Counted from the stretch's first letter, positions 10,408 to 20,864 are shown. The stretch is DNA of 64,000 bases from an uncultured Faecalimonas sp. (GCA_964540565.1 CAZINB010000004.1:862-64861), one strand, 5' to 3'. Numbers and translations: made by a program. The notes: generated from the sequence alone by a model not told the origin.

Positions 10408-11743
10408 GAATATGAGTTCAGAACAAATAGAACAATATGTCAGCACGCTTAAAAAAATGGTGGATTGCAAAACGGTATTTACTGCTAGCGGAGAAAACCA
10501 GGAAGCGTATCAAAAATTTTATAAAGTGTTGGAACAAGAATTTCCACAGTTGCATGCAAAAGCAAAAAGAATGACATTTGGTAGTGGCTGTTTTGTCTAT
10601 CTCATTGAAGGGAAAAATGCGAAGAAAAATGTAATGTTGATGTCACATCACGATGTGGTAGATGGAGATGACAGTTGGAACACAGATCCTTTCCAAGCAG
10701 TAGAAAGAGATGGGGCTTTGTGGGGAAGAGGTACGATTGATACCAAGACACCATTGTTTGCAGAATTGCAGGCATGCGAAGAACTGCTGCAAGAAGGATA
10801 TGATTTTGACGGAATCAATTTGTACATAGGTTCATCCAATAACGAAGAAACATGTGGTGATGGGATGGTACTGGCAACAACATATTTCCGAGAAAATGGT
10901 GTTTCCTTTGATGTCGTGTTGGATGAAGGTGGAGCCATTACAACAGGGATGATCCCTGGTGTAAAACAAAAAAGTGCTATGGTGGCAGTACATGAAAAGA
11001 GCCGTCATGTGTATCGTTGTGTAACGAAACGTAATACCAAAGGACATGGCGGATTAAACCCAAACACGGATGATGCTTTAGTTCGTATGAGTCGTTTTAT
11101 AGATGAAGTAAGTAAGAAAAAACTAGAAGCAGGTAGTTTTTCGGAAGAAGTGAAAGCAACTTTTACAGAACATGCGTCATATATGTCCTTTCCTTTGAAT
11201 ATACTGTTTGGAAATTTTGGCCTATTTGGACCTTTGATCAAGCAGATTATGTATCGAATTCCACAGACAAGAGCAATGCTCTCTACAGGTGTTTCTTTTA
11301 CTACCATGTTTGCGGGAGCGAAAGAGGATGTGCAAGTAAAGGCAAAAGAGGCAGAGGCAACGTTGTTTTTACGTTGTGTCAGAGAAGAACAAATGAAGAA
11401 AACATTAGAGAAGATAAAACAAATTGGAGTAAAGTATGGTGTTGAGATAGAAGAAATGTCACGTGACTATTGCGAACCAACAGATTTTACAAAGCGACCA
11501 TACCAGATACTAAAGTCTGTACTGAATGAGCATTTTCCAGATGTGATCGTAGCACCATTTTTACTGACTGCGGGAACGGATGCAAGACATTTTACAGGCA
11601 TTGCAGATAGTATTTTGCGGTTTGCACCAATTGATCTTGATAAAGAGCAGTATGCTTCCATTCATGCAGCGAATGAGCATATCAAAGTGGAAAATATAGG
11701 AGAATGCGTTTGCTTTTACAAAGCATTTGTAAAGCGTATATAA
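10394..11743 (+). CDS. M20-family metallopeptidase / amidohydrolase
   Basis: M20 motifs (LMSHHDVV, WGRGTIDTK, SSNNEE, VLDEGG). ATG 10394 overlaps the transporter stop by 14 nt. Confidence 0.8.
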   Translation: MKKRKNMSSEQIEQYVSTLKKMVDCKTVFTASGENQEAYQKFYKVLEQEFPQLHAKAKRMTFGSGCFVYLIEGKNAKKNVMLMSHHDVVDGDDSWNTDPFQAVERDGALWGRGTIDTKTPLFAELQACEELLQEGYDFDGINLYIGSSNNEETCGDGMVLATTYFRENGVSFDVVLDEGGAITTGMIPGVKQKSAMVAVHEKSRHVYRCVTKRNTKGHGGLNPNTDDALVRMSRFIDEVSKKKLEAGSFSEEVKATFTEHASYMSFPLNILFGNFGLFGPLIKQIMYRIPQTRAMLSTGVSFTTMFAGAKEDVQVKAKEAEATLFLRCVREEQMKKTLEKIKQIGVKYGVEIEEMSRDYCEPTDFTKRPYQILKSVLNEHFPDVIVAPFLLTAGTDARHFTGIADSILRFAPIDLDKEQYASIHAANEHIKVENIGECVCFYKAFVKRI

Positions 11744-11758
11744 AAGGAGGAAACTATC

Positions 11759-12253
11759 ATGAGTAAAGTGAAAAACGAACCAAAGTACAAAAATGGACTA
11801 TTGCAAGCCATTCGTGCACAATTAGAACATCGTGCGTTTTGGCTCTATCTATTATGTGATGAGGCGCAAAAGAGAGGATTAGATCCAAGAGATTTCGGAA
11901 GTGCAGCAGTGAAACGTTGTGGTCTTTCTCAAGGTGCTAATCTGGTAAAGAAGGGAAAAACAGATAGCCTAAAAGGACTAAAGAAAACATTATTCACAAA
12001 AGCAGCACAGCTTGTCTTTGAAATGGATGTGTTAGAGAGCACAGATGAGAAGCTATCCATTGATTTTCATTATTGTCCACTTGTAAAAGCATGGCAAAAT
12101 GCAGGATGTAGTGCTGAAGAAATCGCAATGCTTTGCGATATTGCAATGTGTGGAGATCATGGAATTGGGGAATGCTACGGAAGTGTTTTAGATTTACCAA
12201 AATGTATTGCAAAAGGCGATGACTATTGCGCTTTAAGATATCATAAAAAGTAG
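11759..12253 (+). CDS. L-2-amino-thiazoline-4-carboxylic acid (ATC) hydrolase-like protein
   Basis: 164 aa with a Cys-rich C-terminal half (HYCPLVKAWQNAGCS...LCDIAMCGDHG...DDYCALRY). It resembles the ATC_hydrolase family from memory. AGGAGG RBS. Confidence 0.55.
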   Translation: MSKVKNEPKYKNGLLQAIRAQLEHRAFWLYLLCDEAQKRGLDPRDFGSAAVKRCGLSQGANLVKKGKTDSLKGLKKTLFTKAAQLVFEMDVLESTDEKLSIDFHYCPLVKAWQNAGCSAEEIAMLCDIAMCGDHGIGECYGSVLDLPKCIAKGDDYCALRYHKK

Positions 12254-12260
12254 CAAATAT

Positions 12261-12304
12261 ATCAAAACGGGGTACATATCATAGCGATATGTACCCCGTT
12301 TTTT
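12261..12304 (+). terminator. Terminator hairpin, copy 2 of the duplicated element (perfect stem)
   Basis: ATCAAAACGGGGTACATATCATAGCGATATGTACCCCGTTTTTT; GGGGTACATATC pairs perfectly with GATATGTACCCC. Confidence 0.85.
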
Positions 12305-12319
12305 AGTGCCAGAAGAGAC

Positions 12320-12374
12320 TTGACGTAAATTTCACATTTTTTGTATTTTTTATTTCACATTAGGTTCCTAAAAT
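12320..12374 (+). promoter_or_regulatory. Pho-box-like direct repeats upstream of pstS
   Basis: TTGACG (12320), TTCACA (12331) and TTCACA (12354) match the Bacillus PhoP half-site TT(A/T/C)ACA at roughly 11-bp phasing. The A/T-rich candidate -10 is TAAAAT at 12369. Confidence 0.5.
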
Positions 12375-12432
12375 GATAAATGTAGCAAGAAAAAGAAAAA
12401 AAGAGATGACTTGTCTGAAAGGAGACATAAAA

Positions 12433-13236
12433 ATGAAGAAGAAATTAATGATGATTATGATTGCAGCGATAGCCGTTTTTTCGTTAGTAGGTTGTGGAAA
12501 CAAAGTAACAGGTTCTGTTTCAACAGATGGTTCCACTTCAATGGAAAAAGTAATTGGTGCTTTGGGAGAAGCATTTCAAAATGATACAGGTATCAGCTTT
12601 ACATATAATCCTACTGGTTCAGGAAGCGGGATTCAAGCAGTTCAAGAAGGACGTTGTGATATTGGATTATCTTCTAGAGATTTAAAAGCAGAAGAGAAAG
12701 AATCAGGATTGAAAGCAACTGTATTAGCTTATGATGGTATTGCACTTGTCGTAAATCCAGAAAATCCTGTAACAGATTTAAGTCTAGAAATGGTTGCAAA
12801 GATTTATACAGGAGAAATTACAAATTGGTCTGAAGTAGGTGGGAAAGACGCAGAAATCGTTTTGATCGGCAGAGAGGCAGGAAGTGGTACACGTGATGGA
12901 TTTGAATCTATTACAGGAACAGAAGATGCATGCCAATATCGTCAAGAATTAACATCTACAGGGGACGTAATTACAACTGTTTCACAGAATCCAGATGCCA
13001 TTGGATATGCATCTGCAGCATCTGTAAAAGATAGTGTGAAAGCACTTATGGTAAATGGTGTTGCTGTTACAGAAGATACAATTAAAGATGGAAGTTATGT
13101 AGTACAACGTCCATTCATCTTGGTAACAAAAGAAGATACAGAATTAAGCGAAGCAGCACAGAAGTTCTTTGATTATATTACTTCTAAAGATGCAAATGGA
13201 ATTATTTCTGAAGCAGGTGTTGTTTCTGCAAACTAG
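12433..13236 (+). CDS. pstS: Phosphate ABC transporter substrate-binding lipoprotein
   Basis: Lipobox (FSLVGCGN); PstS motifs (GSTSM, TGSGSG, GREAGSGTRD). Start trimmed to ATG 12433. Confidence 0.9.
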   Translation: MKKKLMMIMIAAIAVFSLVGCGNKVTGSVSTDGSTSMEKVIGALGEAFQNDTGISFTYNPTGSGSGIQAVQEGRCDIGLSSRDLKAEEKESGLKATVLAYDGIALVVNPENPVTDLSLEMVAKIYTGEITNWSEVGGKDAEIVLIGREAGSGTRDGFESITGTEDACQYRQELTSTGDVITTVSQNPDAIGYASAASVKDSVKALMVNGVAVTEDTIKDGSYVVQRPFILVTKEDTELSEAAQKFFDYITSKDANGIISEAGVVSAN

Positions 13237-13303
13237 ATTATATACAGATATGGAGGTTAAGCTACAGACCTTCCTATCTGTTTTAGTACGAGGTTTTACA
13301 TAA

Positions 13304-14170
13304 ATGAAAAAGAATCAAATGATGGAAGAAATTATTCATGGCATTTTTCTAGTGCTAGGATTGATTACAGTAGGAATCGTTCTACTAATTACATGTTATC
13401 TGATCATTTCAGGAATTCCTGCAATTCAGGAAATTGGTCTTTTTAATTTTATACTTGGGGACAAATGGGCTTCTACAGCAGATGAACCATTATATGGAAT
13501 ATTACCTTTTATTCTAACAAGCATTTACGGAACAGCAGGTGCAATGCTCCTAGGTGTGCCAATTGGATTTTTAACAGCAGTATATCTTTCCAAAATGGCT
13601 TCACCAAAGGTAAAAGCAGTGATGCAATCTGCCGTAAGTTTGCTTGCTGGGATTCCATCTGTCGTATATGGTTTGGTTGGAATGCTGGTACTTGTTCCAG
13701 CAATTCGAGAATTATTTCATGTGCCAGATGGTGCTAGTTTATTGGCCGCAATCATTGTATTGGCAATTATGATTTTACCATCCATTATTAAAATGTCTGT
13801 TACAGCATTAGATGCGGTACCGAAAGAATACGAAGATGCCTCACTTGCATTAGGAGCAACTCCAATAGAAACCTACTTTAAAGTTTCAGTACCAGCAGCA
13901 AAAAGTGGTATTACAGCTGCCATAATATTAGGAATAGGCCGCTCGATTGGGGAGGCTATGGCAGTTATGATGGTTGCAGGAAATGTACCAAATATGCCGG
14001 ATTCTTTGTTTCAAAGTGTACGTTTTCTGACAACAGCAGTGTCTAGTGAAATGGCATATTCTAGCGGTTTGCAAAGACAGGCGTTATTTTCGATTGCATT
14101 GGTATTGTTTTTATTTATCATGTTGATCAATGTTACGCTAAATTTCTTTCTGAAAAGGGAAAAGGAGTAA
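13304..14170 (+). CDS. pstC: Phosphate ABC transporter permease
   Basis: Polytopic permease with an EAA-like loop (DASLALGAT), located in the pst operon. Confidence 0.9.
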   Translation: MKKNQMMEEIIHGIFLVLGLITVGIVLLITCYLIISGIPAIQEIGLFNFILGDKWASTADEPLYGILPFILTSIYGTAGAMLLGVPIGFLTAVYLSKMASPKVKAVMQSAVSLLAGIPSVVYGLVGMLVLVPAIRELFHVPDGASLLAAIIVLAIMILPSIIKMSVTALDAVPKEYEDASLALGATPIETYFKVSVPAAKSGITAAIILGIGRSIGEAMAVMMVAGNVPNMPDSLFQSVRFLTTAVSSEMAYSSGLQRQALFSIALVLFLFIMLINVTLNFFLKREKE

Positions 14171-14173
14171 TCG

Positions 14174-15028
14174 ATGAATCAATCATTAGCAAGAAAAAGA
14201 AGAAGATATGAGAGAGTGATGAAGACGTTAATGCTTTGTGCAGTGTCTTTGACAGCAATACTGGTAATATTTCTCTTGGCTTATGTTTTTATACAAGGAA
14301 TTCCGAACATCAATGTACAGATGTTGACTAGTAAACCAAGCTATTTGTCAGGGGAAATTGGAATTTTACCAGATATTTTAAATACCATATACATTGTGAT
14401 AGCAACACTTTTGATTGTGCTTCCATTGGGCGTAGGAGCAGCTATTTACTTGACAGAGTATGCTACCAATAAAAAGATTGTTGGCGCAATTGAATATGCG
14501 GCAGAAACACTTTCAGGAATTCCCTCTATCATTTATGGTTTGGTGGGGATGCTATTATTTTCAAATCACATGGGAACCTGCTTGATGGCAGGTGCACTTA
14601 CTTTAGTGATTATGAATCTTCCAACAATTATGCGTACGACACAGGAGAGTTTGAAAACAGTACCTGTTGGATATCGAGAAGGTGCATTTGGTTTAGGTGC
14701 AGGAAAATGGAGAGTCATCCGTACGGTGGTTTTACCAGGATGCGTAGATGGTGTGATCACAGGATGTATCTTATCTGTTGGACGTATTCTTGGAGAATCT
14801 GCAGCACTTCTTTTCACAGCGGGGTTTGCGCATACGGTAAATGGAGTGATAAATGGATTGACAGCACCAGGAGCAACGTTAACAGTTGCGCTTTACGTCT
14901 ATGCAAAAGAGCAAGGTGAATTTGGTGTTGCATTTGGAATTGCAGCTATATTAATGATTTTAACAATATTGATTAATTTTGCAGCAACTTTCGTACAGAA
15001 TTATTTTGAAAAGAGGAGAAGTCTATGA
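14174..15028 (+). CDS. pstA: Phosphate ABC transporter permease
   Basis: Second permease ([11 protein letters not shown] loop), 3 nt after pstC. Confidence 0.9.
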   Translation: MNQSLARKRRRYERVMKTLMLCAVSLTAILVIFLLAYVFIQGIPNINVQMLTSKPSYLSGEIGILPDILNTIYIVIATLLIVLPLGVGAAIYLTEYATNKKIVGAIEYAAETLSGIPSIIYGLVGMLLFSNHMGTCLMAGALTLVIMNLPTIMRTTQESLKTVPVGYREGAFGLGAGKWRVIRTVVLPGCVDGVITGCILSVGRILGESAALLFTAGFAHTVNGVINGLTAPGATLTVALYVYAKEQGEFGVAFGIAAILMILTILINFAATFVQNYFEKRRSL

Positions 15029-15780
15029 GTCATATTATTTCTGTAAAAGATATGTGCCTTTGGTATGGAGAACATCAGGCATTAAGAAATATAAATATTG
15101 AAATTCCAGAGAAAAGCATTACTGCTTTTATAGGGCCTTCTGGATGCGGGAAATCAACTTTTCTGAAAACACTTAATCGAATGAATGATTTGATCCCAGA
15201 TGTAAAAATTACAGGGGATGTTTGCTATGAAGGTACCGATATCTTTAAAAAAGAGGTTGATGTAAATCACTTGCGCAAAGACATTGGTATGGTCTTTCAA
15301 AAACCAAATCCATTTCCAATGAGCATTTATGACAATGTAGCATATGGACCACGTACACATGGGATTCATAATAAAGCACAATTGGATGAAATTGTAGAAA
15401 AGGCATTACGTGATGCGGCTATTTGGGATGAAGTCAAAGATCGATTGAAGAAAAATGCGCTTGGAATGTCAGGAGGACAACAACAACGTTTGTGCATTGC
15501 AAGAGCATTAGCGGTGCAGCCAAAAGTGCTGTTGATGGATGAGCCAACATCTGCACTTGATCCAATTTCTACTTCACGTATTGAAGAACTTGTTATGGAA
15601 TTGAAGGAGCAATATACGATTGTTATGGTGACGCATAATATGCAGCAGGCAGTACGTGTATCAGATTATACTGCATTCTTTTTACTAGGAGAATTAGTGG
15701 AATTTGGAAAAACAGATAACATTTTTTCACAACCAAAGGATCAACGTACGGAAGACTATATTACAGGTAGATTTGGTTAA
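15025..15780 (+). CDS. pstB: Phosphate ABC transporter ATP-binding protein
   Basis: Walker [10 protein letters not shown], signature [15 protein letters not shown], Walker [12 protein letters not shown]. Overlaps pstA by 4 nt. Confidence 0.95.
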   Translation: MSHIISVKDMCLWYGEHQALRNINIEIPEKSITAFIGPSGCGKSTFLKTLNRMNDLIPDVKITGDVCYEGTDIFKKEVDVNHLRKDIGMVFQKPNPFPMSIYDNVAYGPRTHGIHNKAQLDEIVEKALRDAAIWDEVKDRLKKNALGMSGGQQQRLCIARALAVQPKVLLMDEPTSALDPISTSRIEELVMELKEQYTIVMVTHNMQQAVRVSDYTAFFLLGELVEFGKTDNIFSQPKDQRTEDYITGRFG

Positions 15781-15790
15781 GGAGGGCAAG

Positions 15791-16435
15791 ATGAGAAACC
15801 GATTTGATGAACAACTTTTTGAATTAAACAGAGAAATTATAGAAATGGGTGCTTTGTGTGAAGAAGCAATTGCAAAAACTGTCAAAGCATTAAGTACAGG
15901 AGATGTTGCAGCAGCAAAAAACATCAAAACAGAGAGTGTTGCAATTGACCAATTGGAACGAGACATTGAAAATCGGTGCATGAAATTGCTTTTGCATCAA
16001 CAGCCAGTAGCAAAAGATCTTCGTCTTATTTCTGCAGCATTAAAAATGATCACAGATATGGAACGCATTGGGGATCAGGCAGAAGACATTGCAGAAATCA
16101 TTACTTTCTTTAATGGGCGGACCATTAAAGAAATTCGTTTTGTGGAAGAGATGGCGCGAGAAACCATAGAAATGGTAACAGAAAGTGTCGATGCATTTGT
16201 GAAAAAGGATGTGATGCTTGCAGAGAACGTAATTGCGCGAGATGATAAAGTAGATCATTATTTTTCAGAAGTAAAACATGGAATAATCGATTTGATCAGA
16301 AAAAATTCTGCAGATGGGGAATATGCACTTGATCTTTTAATGATTGCAAAATATTTTGAGCGAATCGGTGATCACGCGACAAATATCGCTGAGTGGGTGA
16401 TCTATTCTGTAACAGGAACACACAAGGAGGCATAA
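15791..16435 (+). CDS. phoU: Phosphate signalling accessory protein PhoU
   Basis: Two PhoU repeats (ERIGDQAEDIAE; ERIGDHATNIAE). Start trimmed to ATG 15791, which has GGAGGG upstream. Confidence 0.9.
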   Translation: MRNRFDEQLFELNREIIEMGALCEEAIAKTVKALSTGDVAAAKNIKTESVAIDQLERDIENRCMKLLLHQQPVAKDLRLISAALKMITDMERIGDQAEDIAEIITFFNGRTIKEIRFVEEMARETIEMVTESVDAFVKKDVMLAENVIARDDKVDHYFSEVKHGIIDLIRKNSADGEYALDLLMIAKYFERIGDHATNIAEWVIYSVTGTHKEA

Positions 16436-16437
16436 AG

Positions 16438-17118
16438 ATGATATGGTGTGTAGAGGATGATACAAGCATCCGCGATATTGAAATCTATGCGCTAAATGCA
16501 GCAGGTTTCGAAGCAAAAGGGTTTGAAAATGGTAAAACTTTTTTAGAAGCGCTTAAAAGTGAAAAGCCTCAATTGATTCTGTTGGATGTGATGCTTCCAG
16601 GAATGGATGGAATAGAAATTTTAACAAAACTGAAAGAGTCCATAGAGTATAAGAAGATTCCTGTTATTCTGGCAACTGCAAAGGGCGAAGAATATGACAG
16701 AATCAAAGGGTTGGATCTAGGTGCGGATGATTACATCGTAAAACCATTTAGCATGATGGAAATGGCAGCTAGAGTGAAAGCTGTTTTACGCAGAAGTCAG
16801 GCAGAACAACCGACAAAATTGTTAAGAACAGGCGGACTTGTTGTAGATTTAGAAAAACATACGGTTGCGATAGATGATGAAAGAATACAGTTGACTTACA
16901 AAGAGTTTGAACTGATTCGACTTTTTCTTTCTCATCCAGGCATGGTATATACGAGAGAACAATTATTTTCACAAGTATGGAAAATGGATTATATGGGTGA
17001 TTCACGAACATTAGATTCCCATATCAGAACACTTCGACATAAACTTGGGGAATATGGGAAAATGATTGAAACAGTGCGTAATGTAGGATATCGTTTGGAG
17101 ACATTGTATGAGAAATAA
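16438..17118 (+). CDS. phoP: OmpR-family response regulator, PhoP/PhoB-like
   Basis: Receiver domain (LILLDVMLPGMDG) and winged-helix output (TVRNVGYRL). Sits between phoU and the PhoR-like kinase. Start trimmed to ATG 16438. Confidence 0.75.
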   Translation: MIWCVEDDTSIRDIEIYALNAAGFEAKGFENGKTFLEALKSEKPQLILLDVMLPGMDGIEILTKLKESIEYKKIPVILATAKGEEYDRIKGLDLGADDYIVKPFSMMEMAARVKAVLRRSQAEQPTKLLRTGGLVVDLEKHTVAIDDERIQLTYKEFELIRLFLSHPGMVYTREQLFSQVWKMDYMGDSRTLDSHIRTLRHKLGEYGKMIETVRNVGYRLETLYEK

Positions 17119-18760
17119 AATTTTAAAAGCAATTCTTTCTGTGGGAACAACTGTTTTAGTAGCAAGTCTTGTTATTATTACAGGTATTTTGTACCAATAT
17201 TTTGGGACCATACAGCAATCCCAATTGAAAGATGAATTAAGTTTAGCAGCAAATGCAACAGAGACACTTGGAGAAAAATATCTAGAAGGATTACATGCGA
17301 TTCAATATCGGTTGACTTTGGTGGCAGAAGATGGCACCGTTCTTTTTGATAATTATGTTGCTGCAGAAGAAATGGAAAACCATGGAGATAGAGAAGAAAT
17401 TAAGGAGGCTCTTGCTACTGGAACAGGAAGCAGCAGTCGCTATTCCACAACGTTGACAGAGCAAAATATTTATGAAGCAGTTCGTCTCGCAGATGGAAGT
17501 GTTTTGCGTATTTCAGAAAGTCGGGCAACGGCATTAGTATTGATCGCGAAGATGCTGCAGCCAATTGTCGTGCTTTTTATTATGGTGATTGGAGTATCTG
17601 TATGGCTTGCAAATAGAATGGCTAAGCGCATTGTAGAACCATTGAATCAATTGGATTTAGACAAACCTTTAGAAAATGATGCGTATGAAGAACTTTCTCC
17701 TTTGTTGCGTCGTCTGCACGCACAGCAGCAGGAAATCAAAGAGCAAATACAGACATTGAAATGCAAACAGGATGAGTTCCATCAGATTACAGAAAACATG
17801 AGAGAGGCTTTGATTCTTTTGGATAATACTAGCAGAGTGGTAAGCATCAATACAGCTGCAAAAAAATTATTTATGTCAGATGGCTACTGTGGTGAAGATT
17901 TTTCCGTGATTGATCGAAAGCCGAATATGCGAATGGCAATAGAAAAGGCGAGAGAACAAGGAATGTCCTCTTATCATGAAAAAAGAAATGGACGAGAATA
18001 TCAATTTGAGTTAAGCAGCATTAACTCAGATGGAAAAGTACTTGGATTAGTAATTCTTGGGTTTGATATTACGGAGCAAGTAAATGCAGAGCAAAATCGT
18101 CGACAGTTTACAGCAAATGTATCACATGAACTAAAAACACCATTGCAATCAATCATTGGCTCTGCCGAATTATTGGAAAATGGAATTGTAAAACAAGATG
18201 ATGTTCCTCGATTTGTAGGTCATATTCGAAAAGAAGCAGCGCGACTCGTTTGCTTGATTGATGATATTATTCGTTTGTCACAATTGGACGAAGGAGCAGA
18301 AATGCCACAGGAAATGATTTCTCTTTATGATATTTCAGAAGAAGTTTGTGAGGTGCTAGCTGACTCTGCAAAAATGAAACAAGTTTCTATGGAAATATAT
18401 GGAGAGAAAGCAGTCATTAAAGGGGTAAAACGATTGCTTTATGAAGTGATTTACAATTTATGTGACAATGCAGTCAAATATAATTGTATTGGTGGAAGTG
18501 TAAAAATCTATATAAAGGAAGAACAAGGAATGATATGCCTGAAAGTGAAGGATACAGGAATCGGAATTGCGCCAGAAGAGCAAGAAAAAGTGTTTGAACG
18601 TTTTTATCGTGTCGATAAAAGTCATTCAAAGCAATCAGGTGGTACAGGACTCGGTCTATCCATTGTAAAACATGCAGTACAATATCACCATGGTAAAATT
18701 CAAATTGAAAGTGAATTAAAGAAAGGAACAACCATTTCGATTTTGTTTGATAAGAACTAA
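17108..18760 (+). CDS. phoR: Sensor histidine kinase, PhoR-like
   Basis: Two TM segments, a PAS-like region, H-box FTANVSHELKTPL, and HATPase motifs (DNAVKY, DTGIGI, GGTGLGLSIV). Confidence 0.75.
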   Translation: MRNKILKAILSVGTTVLVASLVIITGILYQYFGTIQQSQLKDELSLAANATETLGEKYLEGLHAIQYRLTLVAEDGTVLFDNYVAAEEMENHGDREEIKEALATGTGSSSRYSTTLTEQNIYEAVRLADGSVLRISESRATALVLIAKMLQPIVVLFIMVIGVSVWLANRMAKRIVEPLNQLDLDKPLENDAYEELSPLLRRLHAQQQEIKEQIQTLKCKQDEFHQITENMREALILLDNTSRVVSINTAAKKLFMSDGYCGEDFSVIDRKPNMRMAIEKAREQGMSSYHEKRNGREYQFELSSINSDGKVLGLVILGFDITEQVNAEQNRRQFTANVSHELKTPLQSIIGSAELLENGIVKQDDVPRFVGHIRKEAARLVCLIDDIIRLSQLDEGAEMPQEMISLYDISEEVCEVLADSAKMKQVSMEIYGEKAVIKGVKRLLYEVIYNLCDNAVKYNCIGGSVKIYIKEEQGMICLKVKDTGIGIAPEEQEKVFERFYRVDKSHSKQSGGTGLGLSIVKHAVQYHHGKIQIESELKKGTTISILFDKN

Positions 18761-18837
18761 CAGATATTCCTGTTTCATATGAAAAAAATGTATGCTATAA
18801 TCTAACAATGAGAACGACTTGAAAAGAGGGCAAAAAG

Positions 18838-20091
18838 ATGAAATTAGACTGGAACAGTAAATATTTTAAATGGGGATTGACCGCATTTGTTGTGATTGTA
18901 GCAAGCATTTGCTTCTATTACATGATTTTTCATACACCTGCAATCAAAGCAAGTATGAGCGTAGTAATAGAAGTTGTTATGCCGATTATTGTTGGATTTA
19001 TCATTGCGTATTTGATGACTCCGGTATTGAATTTTATAGAACAACGTATTTTGATTCCTTTGGCAGATTATTGCAAAATAAAAGAATCTTCAAAAAGGAA
19101 AAGTGCTATCAGAGGTCTTGGGATTTTGTTTACCAGCTGTCTGATACTAGCGATTATCTACTGTGTGATTGCAATGTTGCTTTCTCAGATTCTTCCAAGT
19201 ATCAAAAACATCATTTCCAATATTGATGTGTATATTCACAATTTGAGTCAATGGTTGGATAAATTATTGGAAGATAATCCTACGTTAGATGCATATGCAA
19301 ATGAAGCAATTAAGAGTTATTCAGCAGAGTTGGAAAATTGGTTTAACGATACGGTATTGTTGAAGGTAAGTTCTTTGATCAGAACGTTGTCTACAGGTGT
19401 TATGAATATTGTAGGTGTCTTTTGGAATCTGATCATTGGATTTATCATTGCGATTTATGTTCTTGGAAGCAAAGAAAAATTTGTTGGACAAGCAAAGAAG
19501 ATTACTTATGCGATATTTGAAAAGGGAACAGCTAATGTCATTATTCGCAATTTCCGCTTTACACATAAGACATTTATTGGATTTGTAAGTGGGAAGATTT
19601 TAGATTCCTTAATCATTGGTGTATTATGTTTTATTGGAACCACATTATTGAAAACACCATATGCAGCATTGATTAGTGTGGTAATTGGGATTACCAATGT
19701 GATTCCATTTTTTGGACCATTTATCGGAGCAATTCCATGTACAATTTTAATCTTTGTAGTAGACCCACTTCATCCATTGAATTATCTCTATTTTGTAATC
19801 TTTATTTTTGTGTTACAACAATTTGATGGAAATATTTTAGGGCCTAAAATTCTTGGTGAATCTACAGGACTTGCAGGATTCTGGGTTATTTTTGCCATTA
19901 CCGTATTTGGCGGATTGTTCGGCGTGATGGGAATGGTGATAGGTGTTCCTGCTTTTGCTGTGATCTATGCGGCGATTAAATCTTTTGTAAATACTGCTTT
20001 GCAAAAGAAGCAAATGTCACAAAAGACGGATGAATATGTGCAGCTAGAATATATAGATACAAATGGAACATATCATAAAAAAGAAAAGTAG
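18838..20091 (+). CDS. AI-2E family transporter (PerM/YdiK-like permease)
   Basis: 417 aa polytopic protein with the C-terminal motif region (ITNVIPFFGPFIGAIP...PKILG) typical of the family. Confidence 0.75.
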   Translation: MKLDWNSKYFKWGLTAFVVIVASICFYYMIFHTPAIKASMSVVIEVVMPIIVGFIIAYLMTPVLNFIEQRILIPLADYCKIKESSKRKSAIRGLGILFTSCLILAIIYCVIAMLLSQILPSIKNIISNIDVYIHNLSQWLDKLLEDNPTLDAYANEAIKSYSAELENWFNDTVLLKVSSLIRTLSTGVMNIVGVFWNLIIGFIIAIYVLGSKEKFVGQAKKITYAIFEKGTANVIIRNFRFTHKTFIGFVSGKILDSLIIGVLCFIGTTLLKTPYAALISVVIGITNVIPFFGPFIGAIPCTILIFVVDPLHPLNYLYFVIFIFVLQQFDGNILGPKILGESTGLAGFWVIFAITVFGGLFGVMGMVIGVPAFAVIYAAIKSFVNTALQKKQMSQKTDEYVQLEYIDTNGTYHKKEK

Positions 20092-20201
20092 GAGTATCGT
20101 ATGAACTTTTGCGTTTTATATGGTTCAGTATCTTTGATTGAAAGATTTGCAAAAATTTATCCTAACATGATACAAGTAGATTAAGAAAGGAAGGAAAAGT
20201 T

Positions 20202-20819
20202 ATGAAAGTATTATTAGTTAACGGGAGCCCACATCAAACAGGAAGTACTTATACAGCATTGCATGAGATGGAAAAGGTATTTGCACAGGAAGGAATTGAA
20301 ACGGAGTTATTACAGATTGGTGCAAAAGACATTCGTGGATGTATCGCATGCCGTAAATGTGGTGAGATAGGAAAGTGTGTGTTTGATGATGTGGTAAATG
20401 AAGCGGCGGAAAAATTTAAGACTTGTGATGGTCTTGTAGTGGGGAGCCCTGTATATTATGCATCTGCAAATGCAACATTAATTGCATTTTTAGATCGCCT
20501 TTTTTACAGCAGCAATTTTGATAAAACAATGAAAGTTGGGGCAGCAGTTGCTTCAGCAAGGAGAGGTGGACTAACATCTACCTTTGATGAATTGAATAAA
20601 TATTTTACGATTAGCGGAATGCCAATTGCATCAGGACAGTATTGGAATGGAATTCATGGAAATAATGCCAGCGAAGCCATGGAGGATGGAGAAGGTATGC
20701 AGCAGATGCGTACTTTAGCTAGAAACATGAGCTTTTTAATGAAGAGTATTTCACTGGGAAAAGAACAGTTTGGATTGCCAGAAAAAGAGTCCCATGTTTG
20801 GACAAATTTTATTCGTTAA
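20202..20819 (+). CDS. Iron-sulfur flavoprotein / flavodoxin-family FMN reductase
   Basis: MKVLLVNGSPH N-terminus and CX2CX2CX5C motif (CIACRKCGEIGKC). Paralogous in type to 8276-8812. Confidence 0.75.
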   Translation: MKVLLVNGSPHQTGSTYTALHEMEKVFAQEGIETELLQIGAKDIRGCIACRKCGEIGKCVFDDVVNEAAEKFKTCDGLVVGSPVYYASANATLIAFLDRLFYSSNFDKTMKVGAAVASARRGGLTSTFDELNKYFTISGMPIASGQYWNGIHGNNASEAMEDGEGMQQMRTLARNMSFLMKSISLGKEQFGLPEKESHVWTNFIR

Positions 20820-20835
20820 ATTGAAAAAAATAGAA

Positions 20836-20864
20836 TTGACAAATCCTTCTAAGTTTGTTATATA
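20836..20864 (+). promoter_or_regulatory. Sigma-A-type promoter for the DUF3793-flavodoxin pair
   Basis: TTGACA-17 nt-TATATA, preceded by TGt (extended -10). The downstream 5'-UTR hairpin TGTTAGT-TAAG-ACTAACA is at 20872-20889. Confidence 0.6.
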
